Shown: piece after piece, positions 44,860 through 58,105 of the stretch
How positions within the stretch are numbered: the stretch's first letter is position 1
Layout: each line of letters begins with the position of its first letter
Assembly: GCF_052425735.1 (NCBI RefSeq)
Contig: NC_135770.1
Location: 18,972,001-19,036,000 of the forward strand
Direction of reading: 5' to 3'
Length of the DNA stretch: 64,000 nt
From: Oculina patagonica
Taxonomy: Eukaryota
Translations under genes and position numbers: made by a program
Notes under the pieces: generated by a model
What the model saw: the letters and a program-made list of their open reading frames with translations, nothing else
Databases searched by the model: none
What the model was told of the DNA's origin: nothing

Positions 44860-46572
44860 GATCCTAGGCGGATGTTTGTGCTTGGGCTTAGCCCGAGCAC
44901 AAACAGCCTCCTAGGATCTACGGTCAGCCTAAGATACACAAACCAAATATACCATTGAGACCTATTGTATCGTGTATAAACACCTTTGCTTATGAATTGT
45001 CGGCTCATTTAGCTGACATCCTGTCCCCACTGACAGGCAAATCAGAGTACGCAGTTACCAACTCTACTCATTTCGTGAATACCATCAACCGTGAAAGAAT
45101 TCAAGAAAAGGAAATCATGGTATCATTTGACGTAGAATCTTTATTTACGAACGTGCCAATCGAAGACGCCGCAAAGGCCGCACTTCGCAAACTAGAAAAC
45201 GATCCCGGTCTTGCCGACCTCACAAACCTAACACCTACACAAACTGCCGACCTTTTAAACTTTGTTTGACGATCCACTTATTTCCAATACAATGGATCAA
45301 TTTACGAACAAAAGGACAGAGCCGCTATGGGGAGCCCTGTCTCCGCGGTTATAGCCAACATCTTCATGGAAGACTTTGAGGAGCGTGCGATAGCAAGTGC
45401 GATCTACAAACCGAAGATCTGGAAGCGATATGTAGATGACACTTTCACTATATTAGATCGAAACCAAGTCGACGGCTTTTTACAACATCTTAATAACCAA
45501 CAGCCCACTTTTCGTTTTACCATGGAAACCTGGAAAGATAACAGCATTCCCTTTCTCGACACGTCAGTTATAAGGGACTCAAACGGTCGTCTTACTACCA
45601 GTGTGTATAGAAAGCCCACACGCACCGATCAGTACTTAGCCTATGACTCACACCATCCTCAGTCAGTGAAGCGTGGTATTGTTAAGTGTCTATATCACCG
45701 AGCCAAACACCTCATAACAAAACCATCAGTTATCTCTCAAGAAAAAAAAAAACATTTATCGTCGGTCATTGTTTCTAACGGTTATCCTTCTTCGTTCATA
45801 CGAAAACTTACTAAGACCACAAGACCAACAGCCGACAACGAACCTACGCAGGAATTTAAAACTACTGCGGTTTTACCCTATATCAAAGGTGTATCAGAGG
45901 TTCTTCGCCGCTGCCTACAAGAACAAGGCGTTCGCACCGTCTTTAAATCTGACACCACTCTTCGGCCTTACTTAGTACGACCGAAAGACGCCCTAGAACC
46001 AGGCAAACAAGATAGTGTTGTATACAAAATTCCATGTGAATGCGGCAAAGTATATATAGTGGAAACAGGGAGAACGATGCAAGACAGAATTAAAGAACAC
46101 GACAAAGACACAAGGCTTGCTCATACACAAACCCCCGCAGTTTCGGAGCACGCAAACGAAACGGGGCATATTCCTTTATGGAATCAAGTCAAGTTTATCG
46201 ATCGTGACCCTCACCGATACACACGCAGGGTCAAAGAGGCTATCCAAACAAGACTTAATTCTACTAACATCAATACAGATAGCGGAATTGAAATTTCTGA
46301 AGCATGGATACCTACGATCAGAAAGCATAACAGCTGTTCAACTACAAAGCGGACCTCTGAGGGAACATCATCTGTTAGTCGGAATAATAATAGGGATCGA
46401 AATGCACCAATCACAGCGAACCAACGTGCATAAATAACGACGCGTATACAATCGACCTCATCGCCTGATGAAGACTAGCAGTATAGCAGTCGAAACGTCG
46501 CGATCAACATCTCAAAGCAATTCTATCGTGAGACAAACGATAAAACGTTCATTACCTATCTTACACCACGGT
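44860..46572 (+). mobile_element. Penelope-like retroelement, 5'-truncated and frameshifted
   Basis: RIYGQPKIHKPNIPLRPIVS, SFDVESLFTNVP, MGSPVS, RYVDD, then GIY-YIG (VVYKIPCECGKVYI.ETGR). Frameshift near 45265. Short 5' inversion 44860-44888/44890-44918. Confidence 0.92.
46460..46504 (+). ncRNA. Minimal type I hammerhead ribozyme of the Penelope pLTR
   Basis: aucgc-CUGAUGA-agac(uagcaguauagca)guc-GAAAC-GUC-gcgau, just 3' of the ORF stop. Confidence 0.82.
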
Positions 46573-47052
46573 GAACAATATTCACATTTTTAATGACAAA
46601 AACTTGAATATGTCCTAAACGAAAGAAGATCTTTTAAAACGGTAAACGCCATTCTTCTCTATTTGTAAAAGTCTTTCAAATAAGCATTAATTAATTTTTA
46701 CTTCAATGACACTTTAGGGAAAGTGTTCATGACATTATTTTAGCCTTTACCTTCATGTTATTACACCTCACTTCTTAAAGACTTGTTAGAAGCTTATAGG
46801 TGGAAATTGAAGAAATGGGTGTTACGTTGACAATGATAATAAGAATATTGTCTCCACAGAGGAACAGGTGTGCACCAATGGATGCAACTGATGGCATATG
46901 AACGCCATTGGTTAAAACTAACAAGAAATGAAAACAAACTAACACTCACTGAGGTTAATTTTCAGCAGACAGTTTTGCAAATCAAAATCACGGTAGGTTA
47001 TTTCACGGATAAAAGTTGTGAATTTAGGGAGATTGATTGTATAAAATCGGTC

Positions 47053-50000
47053 ATGTCTTCCATTTTATTACTCTGTGCCTTGTTTTTGTTTTTATCCCTT
47101 ATACCAGAGGACGGCTGTTCTACAGGTACGTTTCTCCTATTTTCTTTTTTTACCCGTTAATATTTGAGTCATAAGAGTGACTAAACTACCTAACGAAAAT
47201 CACATTTGGAATAGTGCTAATTGACATTATTGATATATTTGTTGTATCTGATTATTTGGTTTAACCTTAAGATACGGGGAAGAAGCATGGCAGAAGTGGT
47301 ATATTATTTAAGATAAATATCTTGTAAAACATACAAAATGAGGGGGATAGCGAAAGGAAATTGATGAGGCTCAATATTTGATTTAAGACTATTGGCCACT
47401 GAGCAGATAATACTCTCAAGACCGCTTAAAGGGAAATATTTTCGTGAGTTGAATTACATCTGAAAACAATATTATAATATGTATCTTCCCACCAGCCAAA
47501 GATTTGTATATGCCGCTGCCAAAAATAACAAGCGCATTGTAAATTTTAAAGGTTCCATAACGTTTTGTTTTACCACTACGTAAATGCACTCGTTGTTTAT
47601 CTCCGCGATATCATTTAGGTTATACCTAAACATCAAGTACCCGAATTAGAAATGTTAAATATATAGATTGTATTTCTTAAATCTACAAGAACGTTTTATT
47701 AAGTTCCATCTGATGTCGTTCAGCGATAATTTTCAGTTGGACAACGGAACGTGACTGTAAGTTTCAAAACGGGTGATTTTCCTTGATGCATTCGTGTTTG
47801 TTTCTGCGTGAAGCAAAACTAATTAAAATGTTGACTGAAAACTAAACTTTACTATTTTCTAACTATTTGAAGGAGCTCTGCTTTTGAAAAAACATGGCCA
47901 ACATGCCAATGCAGAACACTAGCTATATGGCTTTTCCATGAAGGAACTGACCAAAATGCTCCAAAATGTAATTACTGTATGCAAAAACAACGCACGTGGT
48001 GGCAATTGTTTAGAAAATTAAAGAAAAAACACTAATAAAACTATCCACGGGGCGCTGACAGTCTCTCAGTGGAAATTTTGCTCACGCACAAAATTGTTTT
48101 ATCGTTAAGCACGCCGAAATTGCATGGTTAACTATGTAAATTTGAGTAACCGTTTACTGTTAATAGACACCTCTAAACAATAGAAGGGGTACTTTATTTC
48201 TTTGTTATTTTTTAAGCTATGCCATGTTATGCCACGCCATGCTATACCACACCAACCCTGCACAACGCCGCGCCATGCCATGTCATGTCACACCGTACCA
48301 TTAATAATAAAAAACATTTTTATAGCGCCTATCCAGGCCTACTCTAGGCGCTTTACAAATCTATAAAAAAATCGTTAAAATTAGCTGAATAAATCTTAAA
48401 AATTGAAAAATGTACATTAAAAGTACTAAAAAGTAAGTTTTTTTAAAAAGATAAGTTTTGAGTTTTGATTTAAAAGAACTTAAATTGTCACATGAGCGGA
48501 TAAAAAGAGGTAGACTGTTCCAGAGTTCAGGCGACGAAACAGCAAAAGCTCGAGACCCATACGACTTAAACCATGCCATTCCATGGTTTGCCATCAATGG
48601 CATTTCAAGACAAACTATGCCATTGTAAGTAATCCCATGCAATTTTATGCCATGCAAAGCACTGTACTTTAAACGCCACTTTTAAAAGCAGACAACCCGA
48701 AGTTTTTGGAGTTTGTTCGTAGCACGAATCAAGTTCGAGTCCGAGTCAAATTCGAGGCACGAGTCAAGTTCGAGTCAAATGTTTTTTCTCACCTTTTTTT
48801 AACCCTATTCAGACTAGGGGGGGGGGGGGGGGGGCTTTTTAGGCCCGCGGTGACTTTGAACTCTTATAACGTTTTTAAGATTCAACCAAACGCTGCCAAA
48901 CTTTCTGACTCTTCCTCAAATTTATCTGGCAATTATTTGGTAGGGTTGCATGATGTGTGAGGAACTTGACATTTCCATGGCAACGGCATTTTGACAGTCA
49001 TGTTTTCCCAAATTTGTAATTTTAAGTGTTTCTGTGAATAAAAATTAACTTCAATGGAATTATTTTTACATTTTACGGTTTTAAACCACATTTTTATTGA
49101 TTTTGAGTACTCTGCAGTAATTTTGGGTGGTTTTCTGCCATTTTGGAAGAATTTTGAAATCGAAGATGGCGGCTGTTTTGACATCATGATGTAATTGTCA
49201 CGTGATGTGACGTCACCATCCCACGTGACGTATACCAAAAGGAAGATTTTTGGACATAGAATACTTCCTATATGTTTCATTGTGATTGCTTTAATATTCT
49301 GGAAGTTACATAGGGGGGGAGGGGGGGGGGGGGGGCTTGGTCTGAGAAGGTCAAAAAAAGCCCGGTCTGAATAGGGTTAACAAGATCTTTTGGCTAGAAT
49401 AATTTATGTCAAAAAATGTCTCAAAGGTGAATTACGACCTCATCACCGCTAGAAGTTAGGTTTTCACACGACAGTTTTCCAATGCAGATGCGATCGCGAA
49501 GACCTATTTGTATTTTGAAACGAGATAAAGCTTTACAGTCAAAACACCTCAAGCATCCCTGTCAAGGGTGGATTAATGATTCCATTATTGCAAATTTGAT
49601 GTCATTCTTTGCTTCAATATTCCATTCTTGAATTGAATATTGCAATGTCCAAACGGCGACTCAATACAAAACTTGAATGTTGATTGGATTGCTTTTTGCC
49701 TTCACGTGACGGGAACGTGGGAATTCGGCCTGAATTTGCATAAACTAGTCAACCGTCAAATGTCACGCATCGTGTTTTTTCTTCATTTTCTTCTTCACGT
49801 TCTTTATTTAAACCCTGTGATAATACCAAAAGAGAGGCGAGACATTTTGGTACACTGAAAAGGCACAAAAATACTTCTGGCAGAAGAAAAAGTGGGAAAA
49901 ATGTCGTTGACCCATTTTATGCAAATTGGGGAACATTTTCTAATTATCATGTGTCTGACGCATGAATGAAATGAACATTCGAGTTTTCAATCGAGTCGCC

Positions 50001-53000
50001 GTTTGAACATTGGCATATTCATTTCAAGAGTGGAATATTGAAGCAAAAAAGAAAATCAAATTTGCAATTATGGCATCATTAATCCACCCTTGACAGGAAC
50101 GCTTGAGGTATTTTGACTGTAATCTACAGGTATTCCTTGCCCGTCATTCAATTCTATGTTTTTTTTCACTGAACTTGTTTTGTCTTGACTCCTGATGTAT
50201 TCATTTCGTGCTGAAAACGTGAAATAATCGACAGATATCCAGACATTTTCGAGTAATGCCTTTAACTGTATAGCTAGAATCAAGCAAGCTTTGAAAAAAA
50301 AAACGTGACCTTTGCCCACTTTGTCATATTTTAGACGTCACGTCACGATTGGTGTTTGTTACTTATATTTCGGCCGCCGCTTGTCCGTTCGCTTACGCAA
50401 GCAACGTTCGAATTCCCTTGATAAGTGTTCTTTAAATATATTTTTTGTGTCTTTGAAGTGGAACCTCAGTCTCAGTTGTGAGTAAAACTGTAACGATCAA
50501 TTTCACTGGGATGCAAAAGAATGTTTACTTCTTTGAAAAGCAGCTGCAAACAGATGAAGGAATCAGCTCTCTCTAAGCTCTGGCAACGGGCATTTAGAGT
50601 CAAATCTTGCTTTTCCTGCACTTCTGTTACAACAGTTTGCATGTAACACAGCAATTAAAACCAAAAGACCAAAAAATAAATTTAAAAAAAAAAATTGACT
50701 CGAACTTGACTCGTGACTCGAACTTGACTCGGGCTCGAACTTGACCGGTCGTGGTACGAACAAACTCAGGGTTGAGGGTTTCGCTATCACGCTAATAGCA
50801 TCTAAAATGAAATCATAAAGATACCGTGAATGACTTAAATAAGTTTAACAGGACTGGCTCACTTACACAGAAATTCCTGAGAGCTGCTTCGATAAAGCTG
50901 TGGGTGTCACCAATCCTAGTATCATTTATGATAATCAGATGACATCATCTTCTCAATATGACAATCGCTACGAGGCCTTTTACGGTCGCCTTAACGGAGA
51001 CCGAGGCGATGGCTGGTGTGCAAAAGAAGCTAATAGAAATGACGACTGGCTTCAGATTGATCTTGGAAAATCGATTGAAGTTTGCGCTGTTGCTACGCAG
51101 GGAGACAGAAATGGTAATGAATGGGCTACAGACTTCACGATTTCATACTCAAGCCATGGAATCAGCTGGAAACCATATAAAGGACCAAATGACGCGGTTG
51201 TGGTAAGCCTTCCTGTACAGCTACATGTACGATTATTGTATGTTTTCATTTTGGGATGTACAATACACTCCAGTTAACGACGAGTAACTCTGTTTATTGA
51301 CCTTGAAAGATTTGGGCTTTGGATATCGGAAATATTTACAATTTTGGTCATTGCGATATGAAAAGATGAAATCTTTAAATAATAAAAAAATGTATTTGTC
51401 TGTTAAAATTTGGACATTAACTCTGTAAAGCACATGTAACACAAAAACTTCATAGAACAAACTAATTCGTAAAGACTGTAATCGCACAATAAAGCGAATG
51501 AATGAATGCCGATAATAAAAAAAAATGTATTTGTCTGTTAAAATTTGGACATTAACTCTGTAAAGCACATGTAACACAAAAACTTCATAGAACAAACTAA
51601 TTCGTAAAGACTGTAATCGCACAATAAAGCGAATGAATGAATGCCGATAATAAAAAAATGTATTTGTCTGTTAAAATTTGGACATTAACTCTGTAAAGCA
51701 CATGTAACACAAAAACTTCATAGAACAAACTAATTCGTAAAGACTGTAATCGCACAATAAAGCGAATGAATGAATGCCGAAGAAGCCACGAAACTGACAA
51801 AAATCTTTCAAATAGTTAAACCTAGCTATAGCAAATAAAAGCTATAACCTTAGACGTACCCGACTCAGTGAAGCTTGTTACCTATTATTACAGGAATTTC
51901 ACAGGAAGGGGGATAGCAACACAATTGACCAACACAACTTCCCAGTGCCAGAACCTGCAAGATATATTCGCTTTCATCCAACCAAGCAACATCGGTGGAA
52001 TTGTCTCAGGGTCGAGGTGTATGGAATGGAGCGTGAGTTGGCATGTTTTTCATTTGCTGTCCCAGCCTGCGAGCAGGTTTTCTTATTTAGGATATATATA
52101 GCAATTTCAATTAACGTTGTCAGATCAAAGGCAAATTTTGCAAGACAAGACCGAAAGGTTCTAAGGGTAGAAGAAAGCTACTACACTCGTGAAATACTAA
52201 TGAGATGTAACGACCTGATGGCAAACATGGTTTTCTACGGTTTCGTTCTCTTCCAGAAATCTATACAAACAAGGTACTTGTAGCGCATTGAATTTTAGAA
52301 GAATTTTCAAAACTCAAAGCCATGTGGCAGTGAAAGTAAAGCTGCAGAGAAAGGCCGTCTGAAAGGAAAAACAAATAATTCACGTGCAAAAGTACAAACT
52401 TTAACATTTCCTCTAGGGCAATATGGAAAATTTCAGAAAAAGCTGAAAAGTACAGAAAATGGAGAATCGTGTATTACTTTACCACTTTTTTTTTAAAAAA
52501 TGGATCTATTTATCTTCCCCGACGATATTGTAAATATTTTTCTTCTTAATAGTCCGGCGGCATAGCTCAAATATTCGCCTGAATTGTGCACTTTTTGTTA
52601 CCAGCTTAAAATTTGGCACACAGCGAGAGACTATCGAAGTAAACATTTTAAGCCATAGAACCATCTCGACAGAGACGCTGTTTCCATGGAAACTACATTT
52701 AAATGAGCTACATATGGAAAGCGATTTTCTTCGTGTTTAACAGGAGATATGGATATGTCGGCGTATAGGGAAGGCCCGGAGCTGCCCTGCCGAGATGTAC
52801 AACGGCATAACACCCCATCGCCATAGAAACCGCATCTTAATTTATGCAATTTATACATTGTTTGCAAGTTCAGATCAGGAAATTGAAAAACAAATCACTC
52901 ATCATTCACACTTTAATTCCTTTCTTCTGTTAGTTAATCTGTCCATAATTATACTCTATTTTCCAGCTTGTTTTTACTAAATTATTTAAGTAAATTGTCA

Positions 53001-56000
53001 TATTTTGGTCTGTGTGTTGCTGTATTTTGTTATCTATTTAAGTCCTAAGTACCTTTAAAATTTATCTAATTAAATGCTAAGGATCGCTGCCCAATCTCCT
53101 CAGCACACAATGGTTATTTTGGGCAGCCATTCATTTAATTTATTTTTATTCTCTTTGTACAGTAAATTTAATTTAATTTAGGGTGCAAATGAAGTGTTGT
53201 GGTTGGTTGTTGTGTTGTGTATTGTGTTAAATACTTCTCTTTAGAGGAACAATGTTGAAATTAGCCATGTGTTAATATGGCAACCTGGATAACTGCTGAG
53301 CTGATATAGCTTATCACCTCTAGCGGCTCCAGTGACATACACATAGCTATAGCTATTGTGTCTTTCTAGATCAAAATGCTATCTGGAAACTATTATTTTA
53401 GACATTTTCCATGACACGCACACACACAGCGAAGTGCAAGGCAAATAAGTTCAACAGCACTCGCATATATTGCTGCTACATACAGCTGGTCTTGCACCCA
53501 CATAGAATGACTTCTTGATAGGACATTGCAGCGTCAGCACCATATCGGTCGCCATGTTTTCTTGCTGAACGTCCAGTCCCATTCTTCTGGGTGGGATACC
53601 TTGTTTCGTCTATCAGATAAAGATGTTGATTATCGAGGTTGCCTCCGTGATTCTGGCAACCAATATTGCGTTTGGAAAACAATGGACAATGTTTTTTCGG
53701 GGCGACTTGACAGCTGGTCTTGCAGCCACATAGGATGAGCTTTTGACAGGACATTTCAGCGTCAGCCAGTGTGCACCATATCGGTCGCCATGTTTTCTCG
53801 CTGAACGTCCAGTTCCATTCGTCTGGGTGGGATACCTTGTTTCCTTTGTCAGATTAAGATGTTGATTATTAAGGTTGCCTCCGTGATTCTGGCAACCAAT
53901 ATTGCGTTTGAAAAAAAACGAATGGCAATTTGTTCGGGGCGATTTGAAGTTCGGCTGTTTCTTTCCTACACCAAATTGACAGGTCTCCTCAAATGAATTG
54001 CCCAGCTCCTCTATTATTGTTGACACCAGGGGTCTGACATGATCCTTAAACTTTTTTTTACTTGCATTGAAAGTGTTCGTGATGAGCACCATGCAGGTCT
54101 TGTGTTCATCACTATTTTCAAAATTTTTAACCAACCTCGCTAGTTCAGGCCCAGATACCATCCACCTTAGCAACACACTTGGATTCGCTGTTAGGCTTTT
54201 TGTCCCGCCGTCCTCTTAGATGAACTCAAATTGTATAGGCATCGTGGTTTCTTTCTAACTTCTCCACGTGGAAATCAAATCAGCTTCTCCCTAATTTAAT
54301 TCTTCTCCGCTCTCTTCCTGCTGTAGTGATCTAACTTGTGACAGAACTTCAACCCATCCACTGCCAGCGAGCAAGGTCCCGAAAGCCTTTAGTGCCGCTT
54401 GCTCGATGTGGAGACCACCAAGCATGACTTCCAGTTTATCTTCCCATGTACGATCCTTCAGCGCCCACTGTTTTTGCTAAACCAAAGAGCGGCTGATCGT
54501 AACAAATAACCACGGATTTACGTACTCTACGGCTTTGCAAATGGCAGTTAAAGCGTGACTTATCATCGCCTCGAAATGAGTGCAATCCAAAAAAGGCAGT
54601 AGAGAGCTTTTACACTTTTTACACTTTGGGGATACTAGCTGTATGGTGTTTGCACGAACAATTTGGTTCCTCTATGTAGCTGTTTTCCCCTAAAAGAAAC
54701 AGATTTTCCAGTCGTATTATCTGGTTACAGCGATGCATTTCCTTCTCTTTGCTTTCTTTTCTACTCCAACGTTTTCAATTTGGTAGTAGTTTAATACTTT
54801 ATTATTACTTATTTTCGCAGGACTTAATTTTTGCGATTTTAAAAAAAACGCAAAATTAAAGAACGGCAAAAAAATTATTTATAAAGATTTTTATTTAAAG
54901 TGCCTATGAAGTAAAAAATAATTAATGCTCATTTGAAAGACTTTTACAAATAAAGAAGAATGGCGTTTACCGTTTTGAAATATCTTCTTTCGTTTAGGAG
55001 ATATTCACGTTTTTGTGTTATGCAAATGAGGAAAGTGATGACGTCATAAATTGTTCCACTAAAAGATAGATCACAAAATCAAGGATATCTCTATAAAGGT
55101 GATATTTCTGAAACTTGGCATCAGTATTGACCTTCCTTAAAGGTGCAAGATGGCTCATACTATGACGTAACCATGGCAACACTCTTGGTTCCAGGCTCTT
55201 TCTGACATAAACCAAATATCTCAATTTGCAACCCTTTATAGTGGAACAGAGGGTCCAGCTTGGAACACACATAATGCCCTATTACCCTAATTCTCCTCAT
55301 AAGCTTGTTGGGGGTGGATCATCTTTGATTAAGCAAAAACTGGGGATATCAGTATTAACTAAAATAGGTATTTGCAGCAAAACTGTTGCCATGGGAACGG
55401 TACGACAGGTGTCATTTTATGTCTTTTGTGGTGTACATTAATCGTGCCAAGTTTGAAGAACTCAGCTCAAATATTTCAAGAGATATTCTTGATTCAATGC
55501 TTCATCTTTTTGTGGAACAATTAATGACGTCATCACTTCGCTCATTTGCATAATATAAAAACGTAAATATCTCTAAAACGAAAAAAGATATTGCAAAAAG
55601 AAAAACGCCATTCTTCTTTACTTTGAAAAGCCTTTAAAATAAACAGCAATTACTTTTTACTTCATAGGCACTTTAACGTATTTTTTGGCCAATGTGCGAA
55701 TTATAAGTTCAGCGAATCGAATATACTCGTTCCATTTTCGCGAAATTAAGTTCCCGCAATATGGTACGTGGCACAATCTATCCCATGAGGCACTGTGCCT
55801 CAAACGCGTCTCAGCAATTCTCATTCCTAAATCTGGCTCCGCTAAGTCGATGTGAAGTTCTTTAGTCTCATAAAAACTCTGCAAATCCTTTTCAAGGGTG
55901 AAATATCCAGCAGCACAGTTGCTCCGTTTCGAGTTTGCTGGGCATTCTTTCTCCTCGCTTGTATGTTCTTAGCAAAACATACGCATTTGCTTCAGCTTTT

Positions 56001-57858
56001 TGGCCTGATCATTCCTTCATACTTTTTTATTGGAAGATTTAGCTGACCTAAAAGCTTAAATTACGGCCCAGTTATGCCAGCTGGTCACTGAAAATAAGGT
56101 TAATTAATTTCCCCTTTTGCCTGGGCTAAATTGCCTCTGCGAAAATAATATTGCCAAAACACGGGCAAGGGAGGACAATCAACAGCAAGTAACAAGTTTG
56201 CATTCAATTTTTTGAACGCATAATTATACACTTTTTTTTTGTATTTGTTTGTATGAATGGCTCATTAATGCAACAAAATTTACTTTTTTGAAGTAAATGT
56301 TTAAATTCATACGAAAGTTTCACTTTTTTGCGCAAATGATCAAATCATTCCTGAGTTACTAAAATATGACGTTTGTCTTCGCGGGGGGTCTCAGCGAGGA
56401 AAAACTTGAAAGCAATTTACAAGCAATACGGGGAAAACTGAGAGTGGTTTTGTAGCAGGAGTTAATCACAATGCATATCTCTATGTTTTGCAAAATATGA
56501 GAGTAGTAACAAAAATGACACAATTTTTCAGCTATGCTGCCGGACTATAACATTTCTTAACATTTATTAAAACAAAAGCCAATTGTCAGGGGAAAGGTGG
56601 TTGCAAAACCTTGTAATGGTGTGAAATTGTGACAAGAAGTTAAGACAAATAGATGCACGGTTATTGCTTGATTTAAGGCTGATTTGAGAATATTTATCTA
56701 TTTTTTTTTCACTTATGGGTTTCTGTTTATCTCGTTGAGTTGAAATTAGTATTCATTTGGTAAAGAGGAATAAAGTGAAGTCATTACATTTTCGATCTAT
56801 TCTTTTCCAGGCCAATGCCGTCACTTAGAGTTCACAGCGGCACGAGTGTTCAAAGGAAAACGTCTGGTAAACCACGTGATTCATACTGCTGACGTAATGG
56901 ATGAGGGCCTCTGTAGGATTCTATGTTTTTCGGATTCTAACTGCGTCAGTTATAATTTTATGAGAGGAAGTGAACCTGGAAAACACAAATGTGAACTGAA
57001 TAATGCTACCCATGAAGAGCATAAAGAAGACCTGGAGGAAAACCTACATTTTGTGCACCGAGGAGCTACGGTAAAAATGAGAGTCAAACCTCTGCAATTC
57101 GATCCAAATGAATTCTGTGCCACAATGCTGAGTTATCAGTAACAACAAAATTCCATCCCAATCTCCCAAACGCACACTCTTTTATTATAATTAGGCTTCT
57201 CGTACTAATGTTTATCGTGTACAATTCATTGTTGTTACGTTATTTGTCATACCTGGCGTGTTTCAAAACTGATTCAATTTAAGAAATGAGGGAGGCAAAT
57301 CTTCCACGGACAGCAGTACAAAACTTTGAAACGTTCATTAACAAGAAATGAAGGAAAAACAAAAACAAAAACAAAAAGTTTTAAATATTACTATCATTTT
57401 CTTTTACAAAACTTACTTTAGCGCCTTTTTTTATTACATCTATAACGATGGCAATTATTGTGAATAATATTTTAGTTAAATTAAGCTTTTTGGGAGGACT
57501 ACTTGCTATCACCTCTGCTGCTACTTGTAACCCTCTTGAAATAAAGTGGTCACTATAAATAAAATAAAAAATATATATTTTTTTTATTATTTTTTATTAT
57601 TATTTTATCATTTTAAAATAGAAGCGTTTGCATTCGTGTTTTTGTAATACACGCTAAGAAAAGGAAGTGTCTATCTTTATCGCAAAAGAATAATCGAATA
57701 TTGTACTCGATAAAGAAGGTTTGCTGCATTTTTTATGTTTTAGAATGCTTGTATGAACAACCTTTGTAAAAACAACGCCACCTGTCAAACCGGTTTTACA
57801 GACAAAGGATATCGCTGTCTATGTTTCCCTGGATTTACTGGTCAAGATTGTGAAAGTG
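47053..57858 (+). CDS. Paralog C (5' part): signal peptide-F5/8C-PAN-EGF; remaining exons not in window
   Basis: Exons 47053-47125, 50871-51202, 51894-52032, 56811-57070 and 57744-57858 join in frame with canonical splice sites. Exons and introns align with copy A (for example 59952-59985 matches 7370-7403). Confidence 0.82.
48302..48569 (-). mobile_element. 3' end of an L2/CR1-type LINE
   Basis: YGSRAFAVSSPELWNSLP..IR...LSSFKSKLKTYLF, 3' stem-loop and short-repeat tail, accat duplication. Absent in copy A. Confidence 0.8.
48803..49376. mobile_element. piggyBac-like MITE, copy 3 (nested)
   Basis: Same family, TTAA duplication. Confidence 0.88.
49536..50119. mobile_element. Tc1/mariner(pogo)-like MITE
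   Basis: TA|CAGTCAAAACACCTCAAGC...GCTTGAGGTATTTTGACTG|TA, long imperfect TIRs. Confidence 0.75.
51381..51780. repeat. ~133-bp intronic tandem triplication
   Basis: Three near-identical units differing mainly in A-run length; single diverged copy in paralog A. Confidence 0.9.
52550..56547 (-). mobile_element. Internally deleted Academ transposon
   Basis: TIRs TAGTCCGGC(G/A)GCATAGCT with TAA duplication. Minus-strand transposase remnants MLGGLHIEQAALKAFGTLLAGSGW and LLRWMVSGPELARL. Confidence 0.8.
54899..55672. mobile_element. Kolobok-like MITE nested in the Academ element
   Basis: TTAA|AGTGCCTATGAAGTAAAAA...TTTTTACTTCATAGGCACT|TTAA. Confidence 0.85.
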
Positions 57859-58105
57859 GTGAGAAAAACATAGTTGCTGTTTTTCTATCCTGGTTATTAC
57901 ATATCCTTTACACAACAAGCCCTTGACACGGGCAGTTGGTACAAAGCAGTTTGATCCTGGCAACTGGTCACACTTTATCAATCCTTGACCTCATGACAGC
58001 TATAATACAAACAACAATAACGACCATCAACATATCCTCTCAAAAGTTTGCTAATAAATTCGTGTTTTACCCTGATCACATGGCAGCATTTTCCCTTTTT
58101 TTAAT

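Larger units (their letters stand above)
38880..46712. mobile_element. Split remnant of a Kolobok-like MITE hosting nested insertions
   Basis: 38880-39158 and 46573-46712 match the reverse complement of parts of the 54899-55672 element. Host sequence homologous to positions 1-340 and 360 onward lies on either side. Confidence 0.65.
48693..50774. mobile_element. Unclassified TIR element with subterminal cgagtcaagtt repeats
   Basis: gagtttgttcgtagcacga... / ...tcgtggtacgaacaaactcagggttg. Absent at the homologous site in copy A (~2212). Hosts two nested MITEs. Confidence 0.7.
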
